A DNA stretch of 64,000 nt from an uncultured Pirellulaceae bacterium (lineage in GTDB: Bacteria > Planctomycetota > Planctomycetia > Pirellulales > Pirellulaceae). The stretch is taken from contig CAYLLN010000002.1 of assembly GCA_964384375.1 (NCBI GenBank), positions 59,248 to 123,247 of the forward strand, written 5' to 3'. Both the position numbers and the translations under genes were made by a program. Below, in pieces: positions 44,464 through 54,641 of this stretch. The notes below the pieces were generated by a model, which had not been told where the DNA came from, made no database searches, and was given only the letters and a program-made list of their open reading frames with translations. The first letter of the stretch is position 1. Each line of letters begins with the position of its first letter.

Positions 44464-45762
44464 TCACGTTTCCGCGATGGCCCGGTCCAGTCTCGCCAGC
44501 GCCTCATCCACATCGGCAGCCGTCATTGCAGCGCAGAATCCATGATGGCACGGTGCGCCGCCGTAGTCGTGGAAATAGACGCCGTGTTTGTTCGCCGCCG
44601 CGTAGAAACGCATCAGCATCGCCCGGTCGTGCCTCTGAGCGTCTGCGTAGTTGGCAACGACTTCATCCGGCGCAAGGCCGAAGTATATGCCAAACCGTGC
44701 GCCCAGCCCTTGCACGCGGGCGTTGATGCCGCGGCGGGCAAAGAGCGCTCGCAATCCACTCAGCAGTCGCTCGGCCGTCGCGTGAATGTGCTCGTAGAAT
44801 CTCGGCTCGCGATAGGCAGTCACCGCTGCTTTGCCAGCCGCGACGACGACCGGGTGACCATTGTACGTGCCGCTGTGCTGGCAGTCCCCCATCGGCATCA
44901 GCCGCTGCATGATGTCGCGCCGGCCGCCGAACACGCTGAGTGGATAGCCGCCGCCGACCGACTTGCCGAGCGTACAGAGGTCCGGAGTCACGCCCAGGTA
45001 TTCCTGCGCCCCGCCAACTCCCATCCGAAACGCGCTAAGCACTTCGTCGAAGATCAGCACCGTGCCATGCCGCTCGGTCAGCCGCCGCAACGTCCCCATG
45101 AATTCGCTCGTCGGGAGCACACAGCCGGCATTGTAATAGACCGGCTCGATAATCGCCGCGGCCAGTTCACCGCCGAAGCGAGAGAAGGCCTCTTCCACCA
45201 GGTCCGGCCGGTTGTACGGTATTTGCACGAGATGCTGGTTCGTTCCTGCGGCGACGCCGGCCGAAATCGGCTTGAGTGGCGGATTGAACTGCCCCAGAGG
45301 GCCGTCGGCCGCCCACATCACCTGATCGTGATAGCCGTGAAAGTTTCCCTCGAAGCGCAGAATCTTCTGGCGACTTGTAAAGGCCCGCGCGAGGCGGAGG
45401 CAATGCATCGTCGCTTCGGTCCCCGCGCCGGTGAATCGCACGACGTCCAAACACGGCACCGACTTGCACAGCAGTTCGGCCAGCTCCGCGTGCAATTCCG
45501 ATTCATACGAACAAGCCGCCCCGCGATCGAGCGCCGCTTCGACTGCCGCTCGTACCCGCGGATCGCCGTGCCCCAGCAGTGTCGCCCCGTGGCTGCAGCA
45601 GAGGTCGATCAGCTCGCGACCATCAAGATCCCACACACGGCAGCCCTGGGCCTTGCGAAAGAGCATCGCGTGGCCGATCGCCTGGTTCACGCGAGTCGAT
45701 GACGACACGCCTCCGGCGAGGAATTGCTTGGCGTGGTCGTGTTGCTGCTGGACGAGGGACAT
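44464..45762 (-). CDS. class III aminotransferase (glutamate-1-semialdehyde aminomutase-like)
   Basis: FLAGGVSSSTR, FDEVLSAFRMG, and the PLP-lysine context TLGKSVGGGYP. Confidence 0.85.
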   Translation of the reverse strand: MSLVQQQHDHAKQFLAGGVSSSTRVNQAIGHAMLFRKAQGCRVWDLDGRELIDLCCSHGATLLGHGDPRVRAAVEAALDRGAACSYESELHAELAELLCKSVPCLDVVRFTGAGTEATMHCLRLARAFTSRQKILRFEGNFHGYHDQVMWAADGPLGQFNPPLKPISAGVAAGTNQHLVQIPYNRPDLVEEAFSRFGGELAAAIIEPVYYNAGCVLPTSEFMGTLRRLTERHGTVLIFDEVLSAFRMGVGGAQEYLGVTPDLCTLGKSVGGGYPLSVFGGRRDIMQRLMPMGDCQHSGTYNGHPVVVAAGKAAVTAYREPRFYEHIHATAERLLSGLRALFARRGINARVQGLGARFGIYFGLAPDEVVANYADAQRHDRAMLMRFYAAANKHGVYFHDYGGAPCHHGFCAAMTAADVDEALARLDRAIAET

Positions 45763-45766
45763 CGCG

Positions 45767-45805
45767 GTCGGAGATCAGAGATCGGAAGTCAGGCGTCGGA
45801 AATCC
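45767..45805. repeat. word repeats abutting the aminotransferase start codon
   Basis: GGTCGGAGATCAGAGATCGGAAGTCAGGCGTCGGAAATC begins 5 nt from the ATG at 45762. Related to 16981-17005. Confidence 0.75.
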
Positions 45806-45939
45806 ACGTTGACGCGACGGGATCGCGACAATCCTATCCGCCCCGCACTCTCCCATGCAATTGCAAGCTGAAATCAGCCACAAGTCTTGAGTCTCACTGA
45901 TTCATCCGCCAAGCTTGACTCCACTCCGGAGAACCCGCC

Positions 45940-47958
45940 ATGCGAATTGCCTGCCTCACCGTTTGCTTAACCCTGGCGATTGCCGCCTTTGCCGTTGCTC
46001 AGCCCTTCGGCGAGCCTGACCGCGGGCAACCGGGCGATGCGATGATTCAGGACTATCTCGCTCGCGAGACGGCCCGCCTCGCGCTGCTGTGGGACGCCGA
46101 CGTGAAGTCGCTCGCCGATTGGCAGGCCAAGTTGCCCGAATATCGCGAGCAGTATTTCTACATGCTCGGCCTTTCGCCCCTGCCGGAGAAAACGCCGCTC
46201 GCCGCGACTGTCACCGGCACCTACAAGGGGGACGGCTACGAAGTCGATCTGCTCCACTATCAGAGCCTGCCGCGGCTGTACGTCACGGCGAATTTGTATC
46301 GACCCGCAAGCGTGAAACCAGGCGAAAAGCTGCCCGCGGTGCTGTATGTCTGCGGCCATTCGGGTCGCGGCCGCAACGGCAACAAGGTCGCCTTCCAGTC
46401 GCACGGCATCTGGCTGGCTCGGCACGGCTATGTCTGCCTGATGGTCGATACGCTGCAACTGGGCGAGATCGCCGCCTTTCACCACGGCACGTACAACCTC
46501 GAGCGCTGGTGGTGGCACAGCCGCGGATACACGCCCGCCGGCGTCGAAGCATGGAACGGGGTCCGCGGCCTCGACTACCTAGCCAGCCGGCCCGATGTCG
46601 ATCCCGAGCGGCTAGCGGTCACCGGCATCAGCGGAGGAGGAGCGACGACGTTCTGGGTCGCCGCCGCCGATGAGCGTGTGAAAGTCGCGATCCCCGTTAG
46701 CGGCATGGCTGACCTCGAATCGTATGTTCCCAATCGAGTCATCAATGGTCACTGCGACTGCATGTTCCTCTACAACACATTCCGCTGGCCGTGGACTCGA
46801 ATCGCCGGCCTTGTCGCTCCGCGGCCGATGCTCTTCGTCAACAGCGACCAAGACCCTATCTTCCCGATGGACGCTAACGAGCGGATCACCAACCGCATGG
46901 AACGGCTTTACAGTCTGCACGGCAAGAGCGGCGACTTCGATACCGTCGTTAGCGTCGGCGGCCACGCCTATCGCCAGGACATCCGCGAGGCGGCCTATCG
47001 CTTCCTCAACGCACATCTGAAGGGGGACGCTCGCCCGATTGCCGATAGCGGACTCGACGTGGTTAGCGAGGGGAGCAACCCCGGACCGTATCCGATTCCG
47101 ATCGAGAAACTCCGCGTCTTCCCGACCGATACTGACCTGCCGGCCGATCAGTTGAACACGAAGATCGACGAGCACTTTGTGCCGCTGGCCAAAGTGCCCG
47201 CTCCCAATGCAGGTGAGTTCGCCGCATGGAAGAAGCCGCTCTTGGCCGATTTGCGCAGAGCAAGCTTCGGTTACTTCCCCGATACGATTCCCGCGGCCCG
47301 CAAGCTCAAGTCCGACGTCCCCGACACGGTGCGACTGGCGTCGGAGGAGGGGATTGAATTCACGCTCAGTTCGCCGCGCGTGCAGGGAGACGACGACAAG
47401 CCGCTCTCCATGTTTCTGGCTGTTCTGAACGAGGACGAGGCCGGCAAGACTCCCGATTGGCTCAAGCAGTACGCCGCCTCGCATCGGATCGTCGTGCTGT
47501 GCGAACCGCGGGGAATCGGTCAGACCAATTGGACGCGTAAGAACGGGCCGAATTACGTCGAGCGGTCGCACGCACTCCTCGGCCGTACAGTCGATGCGGG
47601 GCGAGTGTGGGACGTGATCGCCGCGGTCAAATACATCGCTGCTCGGAAAACTGGCGACCCGGTGGTCCCGGTCTATGTCGGCGGCAAAGGGGCCGCCGGG
47701 CTGATCGCCGCCTATGCCGCCGCACTCGACGACTCAATCGCAGGTGCAACGGTCCTCTCGCCACCGACCACGCACATGGACTCCGCCGCGCCACAATTCC
47801 TCAATGTTCTCCGCGTCTGCGATGTTCCCGAATCGCTGGGCCTCATTGCCCCGCGACCACTGACGCTCATCGGTGCGAAGGAAAACGACTTCGCCGCGAC
47901 CAAAGCCGCTTATGCCACGGCCGTCGCTTCGGAACGACTGAAGATACCGCGCGACTGA
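45940..47958 (+). CDS. secreted alpha/beta hydrolase (acetyl-xylan-esterase/dienelactone-hydrolase-like)
   Basis: Signal peptide. GxSxG (TGISGGGATTF). Large C-terminal extension. 672 aa. Confidence 0.7.
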   Translation: MRIACLTVCLTLAIAAFAVAQPFGEPDRGQPGDAMIQDYLARETARLALLWDADVKSLADWQAKLPEYREQYFYMLGLSPLPEKTPLAATVTGTYKGDGYEVDLLHYQSLPRLYVTANLYRPASVKPGEKLPAVLYVCGHSGRGRNGNKVAFQSHGIWLARHGYVCLMVDTLQLGEIAAFHHGTYNLERWWWHSRGYTPAGVEAWNGVRGLDYLASRPDVDPERLAVTGISGGGATTFWVAAADERVKVAIPVSGMADLESYVPNRVINGHCDCMFLYNTFRWPWTRIAGLVAPRPMLFVNSDQDPIFPMDANERITNRMERLYSLHGKSGDFDTVVSVGGHAYRQDIREAAYRFLNAHLKGDARPIADSGLDVVSEGSNPGPYPIPIEKLRVFPTDTDLPADQLNTKIDEHFVPLAKVPAPNAGEFAAWKKPLLADLRRASFGYFPDTIPAARKLKSDVPDTVRLASEEGIEFTLSSPRVQGDDDKPLSMFLAVLNEDEAGKTPDWLKQYAASHRIVVLCEPRGIGQTNWTRKNGPNYVERSHALLGRTVDAGRVWDVIAAVKYIAARKTGDPVVPVYVGGKGAAGLIAAYAAALDDSIAGATVLSPPTTHMDSAAPQFLNVLRVCDVPESLGLIAPRPLTLIGAKENDFAATKAAYATAVASERLKIPRD

Positions 47959-47992
47959 GATCCGACACGTGCCGCGAGGTAACTCGCGGCGA

Positions 47993-48772
47993 TTAAGTGG
48001 ATGCCGCCCGGCGCAGTGCCGCGAGCCCCTCGCGCAGCGCCGCCTGATAGACCCAGAGGTCGCCGCTGTAGCTCATCATCCGAAACCCTTGCTGCAACAG
48101 TTCTTTGCCGGTGGCGAGATCCGGGGCCATGATGCCGGCAGTCTTCCCGTGGCGGCGGCAGGCGGCAATCACTTCGTCCATCGCAGCAATCATCCGCGGA
48201 TGCTTCAGTTCGCCTGGAATACCCAGCGAGAGCGACAGGTCGAATTGGCCGATCCAGAGCACATCGACTCCGGGCACGGCGGCGATGGCATCGACATTCG
48301 CCAGACCCGCTGCCGTTTCGATCTGCGGCAGGAGCAGTCCCTCGCGATTCGCGGAGCGTATTTTCTCGACGATGTCGCCGCCGGTATAGTCGTCGTGGGC
48401 GACGCCGAAGGCCGCTCCCCGCCGGCCCACGGGGGGATACTTGGCTGCCGCGACGATCGCCTGCGCCTGTTCGGCTGATTCGACCATCGGCACCATCACT
48501 CCCATCGTTCCCATGTCGAGCACGCGGGCAATGAAGTCGTAGTACGTCGCCGGCACGCGGACGATCGGGACAAGGCTCGTGCTTCGCGTCGTCGCGATCA
48601 GCGTCTTGATCGTCTCGACGCTCCAGCCGGTGTGCTCCATGTCGAGGACGACAAAGTCGGCCCCCGCCTCGGCCATGATCCGGGCAATGCCGGGGGTGTT
48701 GAACTCGAAGGCGAACGTGCCAAACGGAACTTGTCCGGCGGCGAGTTTGGATTTAATGGTGTTCGGTCTCAT
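47993..48772 (-). CDS. HpcH/HpaI family 2-keto-3-deoxy-acid aldolase
   Basis: FGTFAFEFNTPGIARIMAEAGADFVVLDMEHTGW and the later IETAAGLANVDAIAAVPGVDVLWIG pattern. Confidence 0.85.
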   Translation of the reverse strand: MRPNTIKSKLAAGQVPFGTFAFEFNTPGIARIMAEAGADFVVLDMEHTGWSVETIKTLIATTRSTSLVPIVRVPATYYDFIARVLDMGTMGVMVPMVESAEQAQAIVAAAKYPPVGRRGAAFGVAHDDYTGGDIVEKIRSANREGLLLPQIETAAGLANVDAIAAVPGVDVLWIGQFDLSLSLGIPGELKHPRMIAAMDEVIAACRRHGKTAGIMAPDLATGKELLQQGFRMMSYSGDLWVYQAALREGLAALRRAAST

Positions 48773-48847
48773 GATGCGAAATCAAGGTGCTGGTTCGGCC
48801 AGTTCTGTCAAACGAAGGTCGCTGCACGTGTCGGCGTCCATTCGTCC

Positions 48848-48930
48848 AACGCAAAGGCGCGGAGATCGCAAAGGCGCAGAGGACACTATCGGGTTCTTTG
48901 CGCCCTCGGCGTTCTTCGCGTCTTTGCGTT
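48848..48930. repeat. module D REP hairpin
   Basis: AACGCAAAGGCGCGGAGATCGCAAAGGCGCAGAGG...CTTTGCGCCCTCGGCGTTCTTCGCGTCTTTGCGTT. Confidence 0.8.
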
Positions 48931-49002
48931 TTTCCATTCGGTTGCAGGGAGTAGCAGGGGTCGGTGCTGGTCGATTCGCTGCGGCGTATCCAAACGTCTG
49001 AT

Positions 49003-50022
49003 TTACCGCACCAGTTTCGCCCGCATTGCCGGCTGATCGAGCACTTCGCGGTTGACGACGTGCTGCGGCGCGCGGCCGTAGGCGTAGTCGAGGACGCTCC
49101 GGATCGCCGAGCGGCCGTTATTCAAAAAGCACTCGTCGGTCCAGCAGATTGCGTGCGGGGCGAGAATCACATTCTCCAGCATAATCAGTGGATCACGCGG
49201 GTCGATTGGTTCCTGCTCGAAGACATCGAGGGCGGCCCCGGCGATCTGGCGCTGCTGCAGGACGCTTGTCAGTGCCGCTTGATCGACAATCGGCCCGCGG
49301 GCCACATTGATCAGGAATGCCGTCGGCTTCATACGGGCGAGGCGCGTGGCATTGAGGAGATGATGCGTCTCTTTCGTCAAAGCACAGCAGATGACGACAT
49401 AATCCGCCGTAGCCAATAACTCATCGAGCGAGAGCCACTGGACGCCCGAAGCGGCAGCATGTTCGGGCGCAACGAGCGGATCGTGCCCGACGTGTCGCAT
49501 GTCGAGTGGCGCAGCCAGGCGAAAGACTTCGAGGCCGATATTCCCCAGGCCGATCACGCCGAGCGTTTTGCCCGTCAGTCCGTGCCCCATGTAGTCGAGC
49601 CGTTCGGACCAACGCCCCTCGCGCGTGAGGTGGTCCTTCGTCGGCAGCCGGTGGGCGAGAGCCAATAGAAACGCCAAGACCGACGATGCCACTGGCCGGC
49701 GCACGCCGTCGGGCGTGATCGTGAGCATCACGTTATTCGCCGTGCAGGCGGGCACATCGACGTTGTCGTACCCCACGCCGAACCGCGCGACCAATCCCAG
49801 CCGCCGGCAGCCGGCGAGCGTGGCTGCCGTCACCTTCGGCGCGAGTACCAGCAAGGCATCGTATTGATCCGCCACTTCTGCTGGCAATTCAGCGTGGTTT
49901 TGCGCGAGAAACTCCCATTCAATCCCTGGCTGCTCAGCGAGCAGCGACAGACCGATGTCGCCAAAGCCGAGCGAGCCGTCGGGCTTGAGGAAGTCGCGGG
50001 TGAGGCCGAGGCGGAACGTCAT
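49003..50022 (-). CDS. D-isomer-specific 2-hydroxyacid dehydrogenase
   Basis: NAD motif GVIGLGNIGLEV. Catalytic-region pattern NVARGPIVD...APH. Confidence 0.85.
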   Translation of the reverse strand: MTFRLGLTRDFLKPDGSLGFGDIGLSLLAEQPGIEWEFLAQNHAELPAEVADQYDALLVLAPKVTAATLAGCRRLGLVARFGVGYDNVDVPACTANNVMLTITPDGVRRPVASSVLAFLLALAHRLPTKDHLTREGRWSERLDYMGHGLTGKTLGVIGLGNIGLEVFRLAAPLDMRHVGHDPLVAPEHAAASGVQWLSLDELLATADYVVICCALTKETHHLLNATRLARMKPTAFLINVARGPIVDQAALTSVLQQRQIAGAALDVFEQEPIDPRDPLIMLENVILAPHAICWTDECFLNNGRSAIRSVLDYAYGRAPQHVVNREVLDQPAMRAKLVR

Positions 50023-52367
50023 TTGGCGGCCGCCTCTTCTAGCCGCACGATTCCTAGGTCAATGTACTGCCCGCCGCCGGTTTGGTGGCAATGGACTGCC
50101 AGGATGTCGTTTCCTTCCTTCCACGCCGCGGCGAGCGCCTTTTCGTCGAGCGGCACGAGCGAGTATTCGGTGGTATATCCCTTCACGGACGCGATGAGCT
50201 TGCCGTTCAGATACACCTCCGAGTCTTCGTCGTGGTGGATCGTGAGGGCATACTGCCCCTCTTTCGCCGCCGGCAGCTTCACGGTCCGGCGCAGCCAGAT
50301 GTCTGGCGTCTTCCACTCGGTCCGCACTTTGCTCCCCGGTGTGCTCGGCTCGCCAAATCCCCCGGGTGCTTCTTTCCACGAGGCATCGTCGAAATCGGCG
50401 TTCGCCCAGTCATCAGCCGGCTTGGCGATCGTGAATCGCCACGTTTGAGCTTCATTCAGGGATGTCGGCACAACGACCACTTCCTTCGGCGGTGGCTGGA
50501 AGAGTCGCTTGTGCAATGCCGCGGTCTTTTCGAGATCGAGTTTCAGCACCTCGCGGTCGTACGTCATGAGTCCGTTCACTTCGACTTCGACATCCGTCGT
50601 CTGCGTATAAACGGCAGCCGAAAGTCCCTTGCCGATCATCGGGTGCAGCTTGTAAATGAGCTGCTCGTAGGCGGCGGCGAGCTCCTCCTTCGTCTTGAAG
50701 CTCCGGTAACCCCAGTTGTCTTTCGCTTGCCAGGTGTGCCCTTCGAGCGGCAGGCCGAGGCCGCCGAACTCGCCCAGCACGGCGGCCCGGTGTTCCTCCA
50801 GCCGCGGCATTGCCGGGCCGGGATAGCGGTGGATATCGACGATGTGCCCGACCGGAAAATCGTTGCCGCCGCTGGCACAATTTACCAGCCGCGTCGGGTC
50901 GAGTTCTTGCGTGAACTTGGTGATGGGGGCCGTCTCGAACTGCCCCCAGGCTTCGTTGAACGGAACCCAGACGACGATCGACGGGTGGTTCCGGAGCGAG
51001 TCGATGATCGCTTTCCACTCGCGGCGAAAATTCTCGGACGACTCCTTGGTCCGCGTGATTTCCTCGCCGTCGTGGCCGCCGGTCGGATTCCACGGCGCAT
51101 GCCGGTCGCCGCTGGGCATATCCTGCCAGACAAACAACCCCATCTTGTCGCAGTGGTAGTACCAGCGGGCCGGCTCCACCTTCACGTGCTTGCGGACCAT
51201 GTTAAAGCCGAGCTTCTTCGTGATCTCCAGGTCGTAGCGGAGGGCCTCGTCGGTCGGGGCCGTGTACAGGCCGTCGGGCCAGAAGCCCTGGTCGAGTGGG
51301 CCGTACTGAAACACCGGCTGACCGTTGAGCATCATTCGCGTAACACCGGCGGCGTCTTGGGCGAGCGAGATTTTCCGCATGGCACAGTAGGAGAAGACCG
51401 TGTCGGTCGCGACGTTCTTGGCATCTAGCAGGTCGATCCGCAAGCCGTAGAGGAACGGCGAATCGGGCGTCCAAAGCTGAAGCTTCTCCTTAGGAACGCT
51501 GATCGCGATTGACTTGCCGACTGCTCCTTTCGCGCCGGCGACCTTTTCGACTGCCGCTCCGATTGGCGGCGACGTGATCGTGTGCTCGCGACCGAGCAGG
51601 GCGATTTCGACCGTGTCACCATCACGCGCGCCGCGGCCGGTGACTGTGATGCGGACCTGGCCGGCGTCCATATCAGGCACGATTTCCAGTCCCGCGATGC
51701 TTGCGGCAGGAACCACCTCCAGCCAGACCGTCTGCCAGATACCGGTAGTTGGCGTGTACCAGATTCCTTCGGGCTTTTGCACCTGCTTGCCGCGGGGTTG
51801 CCAATTGGCGTCGGACGGGTCCATGACCAGGACCATGATCTCCTGCTTATCCCCTTGCACGAGCGCGTCGGTGATGTCGAACGTGAACGGATCGTAGCCG
51901 CCGGTATGCGAGCCGACCGTGGTGGCGTTGACCTTCACGGTGCATTGCCAATCGACCGCGCCGAAGTGCAACAGTACGCGTTCGCCCTGCTTGCGTGCGG
52001 GCGTGGCGAACGTCCGGTAATAGACCATCGCGTCCTTGGGTCCGAGGCGCTTCATCACTCCAGACAACGCCGATTCGATCGGAAACGGGACGAGAATCTT
52101 GCCGTCGGAGACTTCCGGCGGATGCTTGCCCGAGCCGTCGGCGATCTTGTAGTCCCAGAGGCCATTGAGGTTGGTCCACTTCTCGCGAACCATCTGCGGC
52201 CGCGGATACTCCGGGTGAACCTTGTCGGGCGAAACGTCCTTCGCCCAGCGGGTCATCAGCGGCCCTTTGGCCGGTTGCCAATCAGCGGCCAGAGCGTGCG
52301 AAGCAAGAAGTGGGACGCAAACGAGCGCGAGCAAGGGGCGGAACATGGGAGAGGCTCCGGGAGTCAA
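50019..52367 (-). CDS. glycoside hydrolase family 2 protein with signal peptide
   Basis: Signal peptide. N-terminal sugar-binding domain. TIM-barrel segments FNMVRKHVKVEP, VWQDMP and VPFNEAWGQ. An extra C-terminal beta-sandwich. The stop overlaps the next start. Confidence 0.8.
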   Translation of the reverse strand: MTPGASPMFRPLLALVCVPLLASHALAADWQPAKGPLMTRWAKDVSPDKVHPEYPRPQMVREKWTNLNGLWDYKIADGSGKHPPEVSDGKILVPFPIESALSGVMKRLGPKDAMVYYRTFATPARKQGERVLLHFGAVDWQCTVKVNATTVGSHTGGYDPFTFDITDALVQGDKQEIMVLVMDPSDANWQPRGKQVQKPEGIWYTPTTGIWQTVWLEVVPAASIAGLEIVPDMDAGQVRITVTGRGARDGDTVEIALLGREHTITSPPIGAAVEKVAGAKGAVGKSIAISVPKEKLQLWTPDSPFLYGLRIDLLDAKNVATDTVFSYCAMRKISLAQDAAGVTRMMLNGQPVFQYGPLDQGFWPDGLYTAPTDEALRYDLEITKKLGFNMVRKHVKVEPARWYYHCDKMGLFVWQDMPSGDRHAPWNPTGGHDGEEITRTKESSENFRREWKAIIDSLRNHPSIVVWVPFNEAWGQFETAPITKFTQELDPTRLVNCASGGNDFPVGHIVDIHRYPGPAMPRLEEHRAAVLGEFGGLGLPLEGHTWQAKDNWGYRSFKTKEELAAAYEQLIYKLHPMIGKGLSAAVYTQTTDVEVEVNGLMTYDREVLKLDLEKTAALHKRLFQPPPKEVVVVPTSLNEAQTWRFTIAKPADDWANADFDDASWKEAPGGFGEPSTPGSKVRTEWKTPDIWLRRTVKLPAAKEGQYALTIHHDEDSEVYLNGKLIASVKGYTTEYSLVPLDEKALAAAWKEGNDILAVHCHQTGGGQYIDLGIVRLEEAAAK

Positions 52368-52531
52368 ATCGCCATCGTGTGACCACTACGTTAGCACATC
52401 TGGCAAGCAGTCGCACGGCAGCGCCGGGGCCTGCAGAACAGCCAGGTTTTTCGCACTTTCACCACCGCTAGCGGCCTGCTAAAGTCCCGCCGCAATTCCC
52501 CTCGCTTTACTTGCTTCCTGTTTGGTCAGAC

Positions 52532-53278
52532 ATGCCGCGCACAACGCCCCTTGCGAAAGTCAAAGCGCGCGAGTTCGCGGCTCATTTTCATTTGCTGGGA
52601 GCGGTGGACTACGAGGACTGCCTCTCGCTGCAGCGGCGACTGGCATATGACGCGGTGTCGCGAGGCGATGGCCGGATCGCCGTGCTTCTCTGCGAGCATC
52701 CGCCGCTGGTAACGATCGGCCGCGGCGGCTCGCGGGCTCACGTGCGGCTGTCCGGCGAGGAACTGACTTCGCGGCAGCTGGCCATTCGCTATGTCGGCCG
52801 CGGCGGCGGAGCAATCCTGCACGGGCCGGGGCAACTGGCGATCTATCCGATCGTCCCGCTTGACTGGCACCGCTGGAGCGTTGGAGAGTACGTGCGTCGC
52901 CTGCAAGCTGCAGTGCAGGGAGTTCTTCACGAATTCAAAATCGGCACAAGTTCGGCTGCGCCAGGGCATAGCCTACTCGGCCGGCAAGGAGTCGTCGCGT
53001 TAGTTGCGGCGACTGTACGACAGGAAGTTACTGGTTTCGGAGCGTATCTGAACGTGCATCCCGACATGCGCGACCAGGCTCGCATCGAACCGCTGCCGGG
53101 GCAGCGGATGTCGAGCATCCTGTGCGAGCGACCGCTGCCAGATAGAATGCAGATGGTGCGAGCAGCCCTGGTTGCTCGCCTGGCCGCGGCTTTCGGCTGC
53201 GAACGACATCATCTCCATACTGGTCATCCGCATTTAGCGAACCTGACTCCGAAGGGCGCGAGTGAACGTGCAGCTTGA
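52532..53278 (+). CDS. lipB: lipoyl(octanoyl) transferase
   Basis: LLCEHPPLVTIGRGG, RGGGAILHGPGQLAIYPI. Confidence 0.85.
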   Translation: MPRTTPLAKVKAREFAAHFHLLGAVDYEDCLSLQRRLAYDAVSRGDGRIAVLLCEHPPLVTIGRGGSRAHVRLSGEELTSRQLAIRYVGRGGGAILHGPGQLAIYPIVPLDWHRWSVGEYVRRLQAAVQGVLHEFKIGTSSAAPGHSLLGRQGVVALVAATVRQEVTGFGAYLNVHPDMRDQARIEPLPGQRMSSILCERPLPDRMQMVRAALVARLAAAFGCERHHLHTGHPHLANLTPKGASERAA

Positions 53279-54176
53279 ATTGCCGCTGGCTCATCCGACC
53301 ACAGCCACCCCATCGCGTCGACTCCCCGCCTGGCTGAAGCGCGAGATTCCGCGGGCCAACGCCAATCACTTCACGGCGGGCTTGCTCGAAGAGTTGCGCC
53401 TGGAAACCGTGTGCGACAACGCGAAGTGCCCCAATCGGATGGAGTGCTATTCGCAGAAAACCGCGACGTTCATGATCCTGGGGAATGTCTGCACGCGCCC
53501 CTGCGGCTTTTGCGCGGTTGGTCGGGGCCGGCCCGAGGCACTCGAAGCGGATGAACCGGCGCGTGTGGCCGAAGCTGCCGCCCGACTGGGCCTCGCGCAT
53601 GTCGTCATCACTTCCGTCACGCGCGACGACTTGCCAGACGGCGGTGCCGAGCATTTCTACCGGTGCGTGCTAGCCGTCCGCGAGCGAACCGGAGCAACGG
53701 TTGAAGTCCTCACGCCCGATTTTGTCACGTGTAAGCCGGCGCTCAACCGCGTCATTGAGGCTGAGCCCGAAGTCTTCAATCACAATACGGAGACAGTGCC
53801 GCGGCTGTATCGGCAAGTCCGTGGTCCCAAGAGCGACTATCGCTGGACGCTGGAATTGCTGCGGCGCATTAAAGTGCGGAACCCGGCGATTAAGACCAAA
53901 AGCGGTCTGATGCTGGGTCTGGGTGAGACGACCGAAGAAGTGCTGAATGTGCTTGCGGACTTGCGCGATGTAAGCTGCGATTTCCTCACGCTGGGACAGT
54001 ATTTAATGCCGAGTGCCACAACGGCGGATCATTATCTGCCCGTCGTGCGATATATTCCGCCCGACGAGTTTGCGTGGCTGGGGCGAGCCGCCAAATCGCT
54101 CGGTTTTAAGCAGGTAGCCAGTGGGCCATTTGTCCGTTCGAGCTACCACGCCCGCGAAATGGCCGAGATGTATTAG
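53262..54176 (+). CDS. lipA: lipoyl synthase
   Basis: CPNRMEC auxiliary cluster, radical-SAM CTRPCGFC, SGLMLGLGET. GTG start overlaps the lipB end. Confidence 0.92.
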   Translation: MNVQLELPLAHPTTATPSRRLPAWLKREIPRANANHFTAGLLEELRLETVCDNAKCPNRMECYSQKTATFMILGNVCTRPCGFCAVGRGRPEALEADEPARVAEAAARLGLAHVVITSVTRDDLPDGGAEHFYRCVLAVRERTGATVEVLTPDFVTCKPALNRVIEAEPEVFNHNTETVPRLYRQVRGPKSDYRWTLELLRRIKVRNPAIKTKSGLMLGLGETTEEVLNVLADLRDVSCDFLTLGQYLMPSATTADHYLPVVRYIPPDEFAWLGRAAKSLGFKQVASGPFVRSSYHAREMAEMY

Positions 54177-54199
54177 AGCGGCGAGTGATTACTGGGCGA

Positions 54200-54448
54200 A
54201 TGTCTATGGCCCGCGTCGAATTGAAGCTGCCGGATTTCGATCTTCCCGGCATCACCGCGAGCGTTTGTGCCTGGTATGCGGCCGTCGGCGAGCGCGTCGT
54301 GGAAGGGGATCGCGTCGTCGAGATCCTCGCAGGCGATGTCACCATCGACTTGCCAGCGCCGGTGTCGGGAGTGCTTTTAGAGCGTCGTGCGAAAGTCGAT
54401 CAGCCACTAAGCGAAGGAGATTGTGTGGCGGTGATAGACGCTCTTTAG
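54200..54448 (+). CDS. stand-alone biotinyl/lipoyl-like domain protein lacking the modifiable lysine
   Basis: VELKLPDF...AWYAAVGERVVEGDRVVEILAGDVTIDLPAPVSGVL aligns with E2 lipoyl domains, but the hairpin reads AGDV instead of (E/G)DKA. Confidence 0.6.
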   Translation: MSMARVELKLPDFDLPGITASVCAWYAAVGERVVEGDRVVEILAGDVTIDLPAPVSGVLLERRAKVDQPLSEGDCVAVIDAL

Positions 54449-54557
54449 TGACTGCTTGGTGGGCGTTTCTTATGCTCATTGACCACAATTGAACGACAAG
54501 AACCCCCTATTGATAGTACGCAGCGTCACTATTGCGATTTGGAATGGATTCCGTTGG

Positions 54558-54586
54558 TTGACACCCTATATGGTGCTGGGTAGTTT
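54558..54586 (+). promoter_or_regulatory. sigma70-like promoter candidate in a lower-GC gap
   Basis: TTGACA (54558-54563), a 17-nt spacer, TAGTTT (54581-54586), ~55 nt upstream of the ATG at 54642. Confidence 0.3.
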
Positions 54587-54641
54587 GGGCCTCCGTCGTG
54601 AATGTTAGAGATAGTTCGCCCAACAATTAGGTATTTCTGCA

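Noticed and set aside
44254-45702. 482-aa plus-strand ORF
   Set aside because: It is antisense to the class III aminotransferase, whose PLP motifs are unambiguous.
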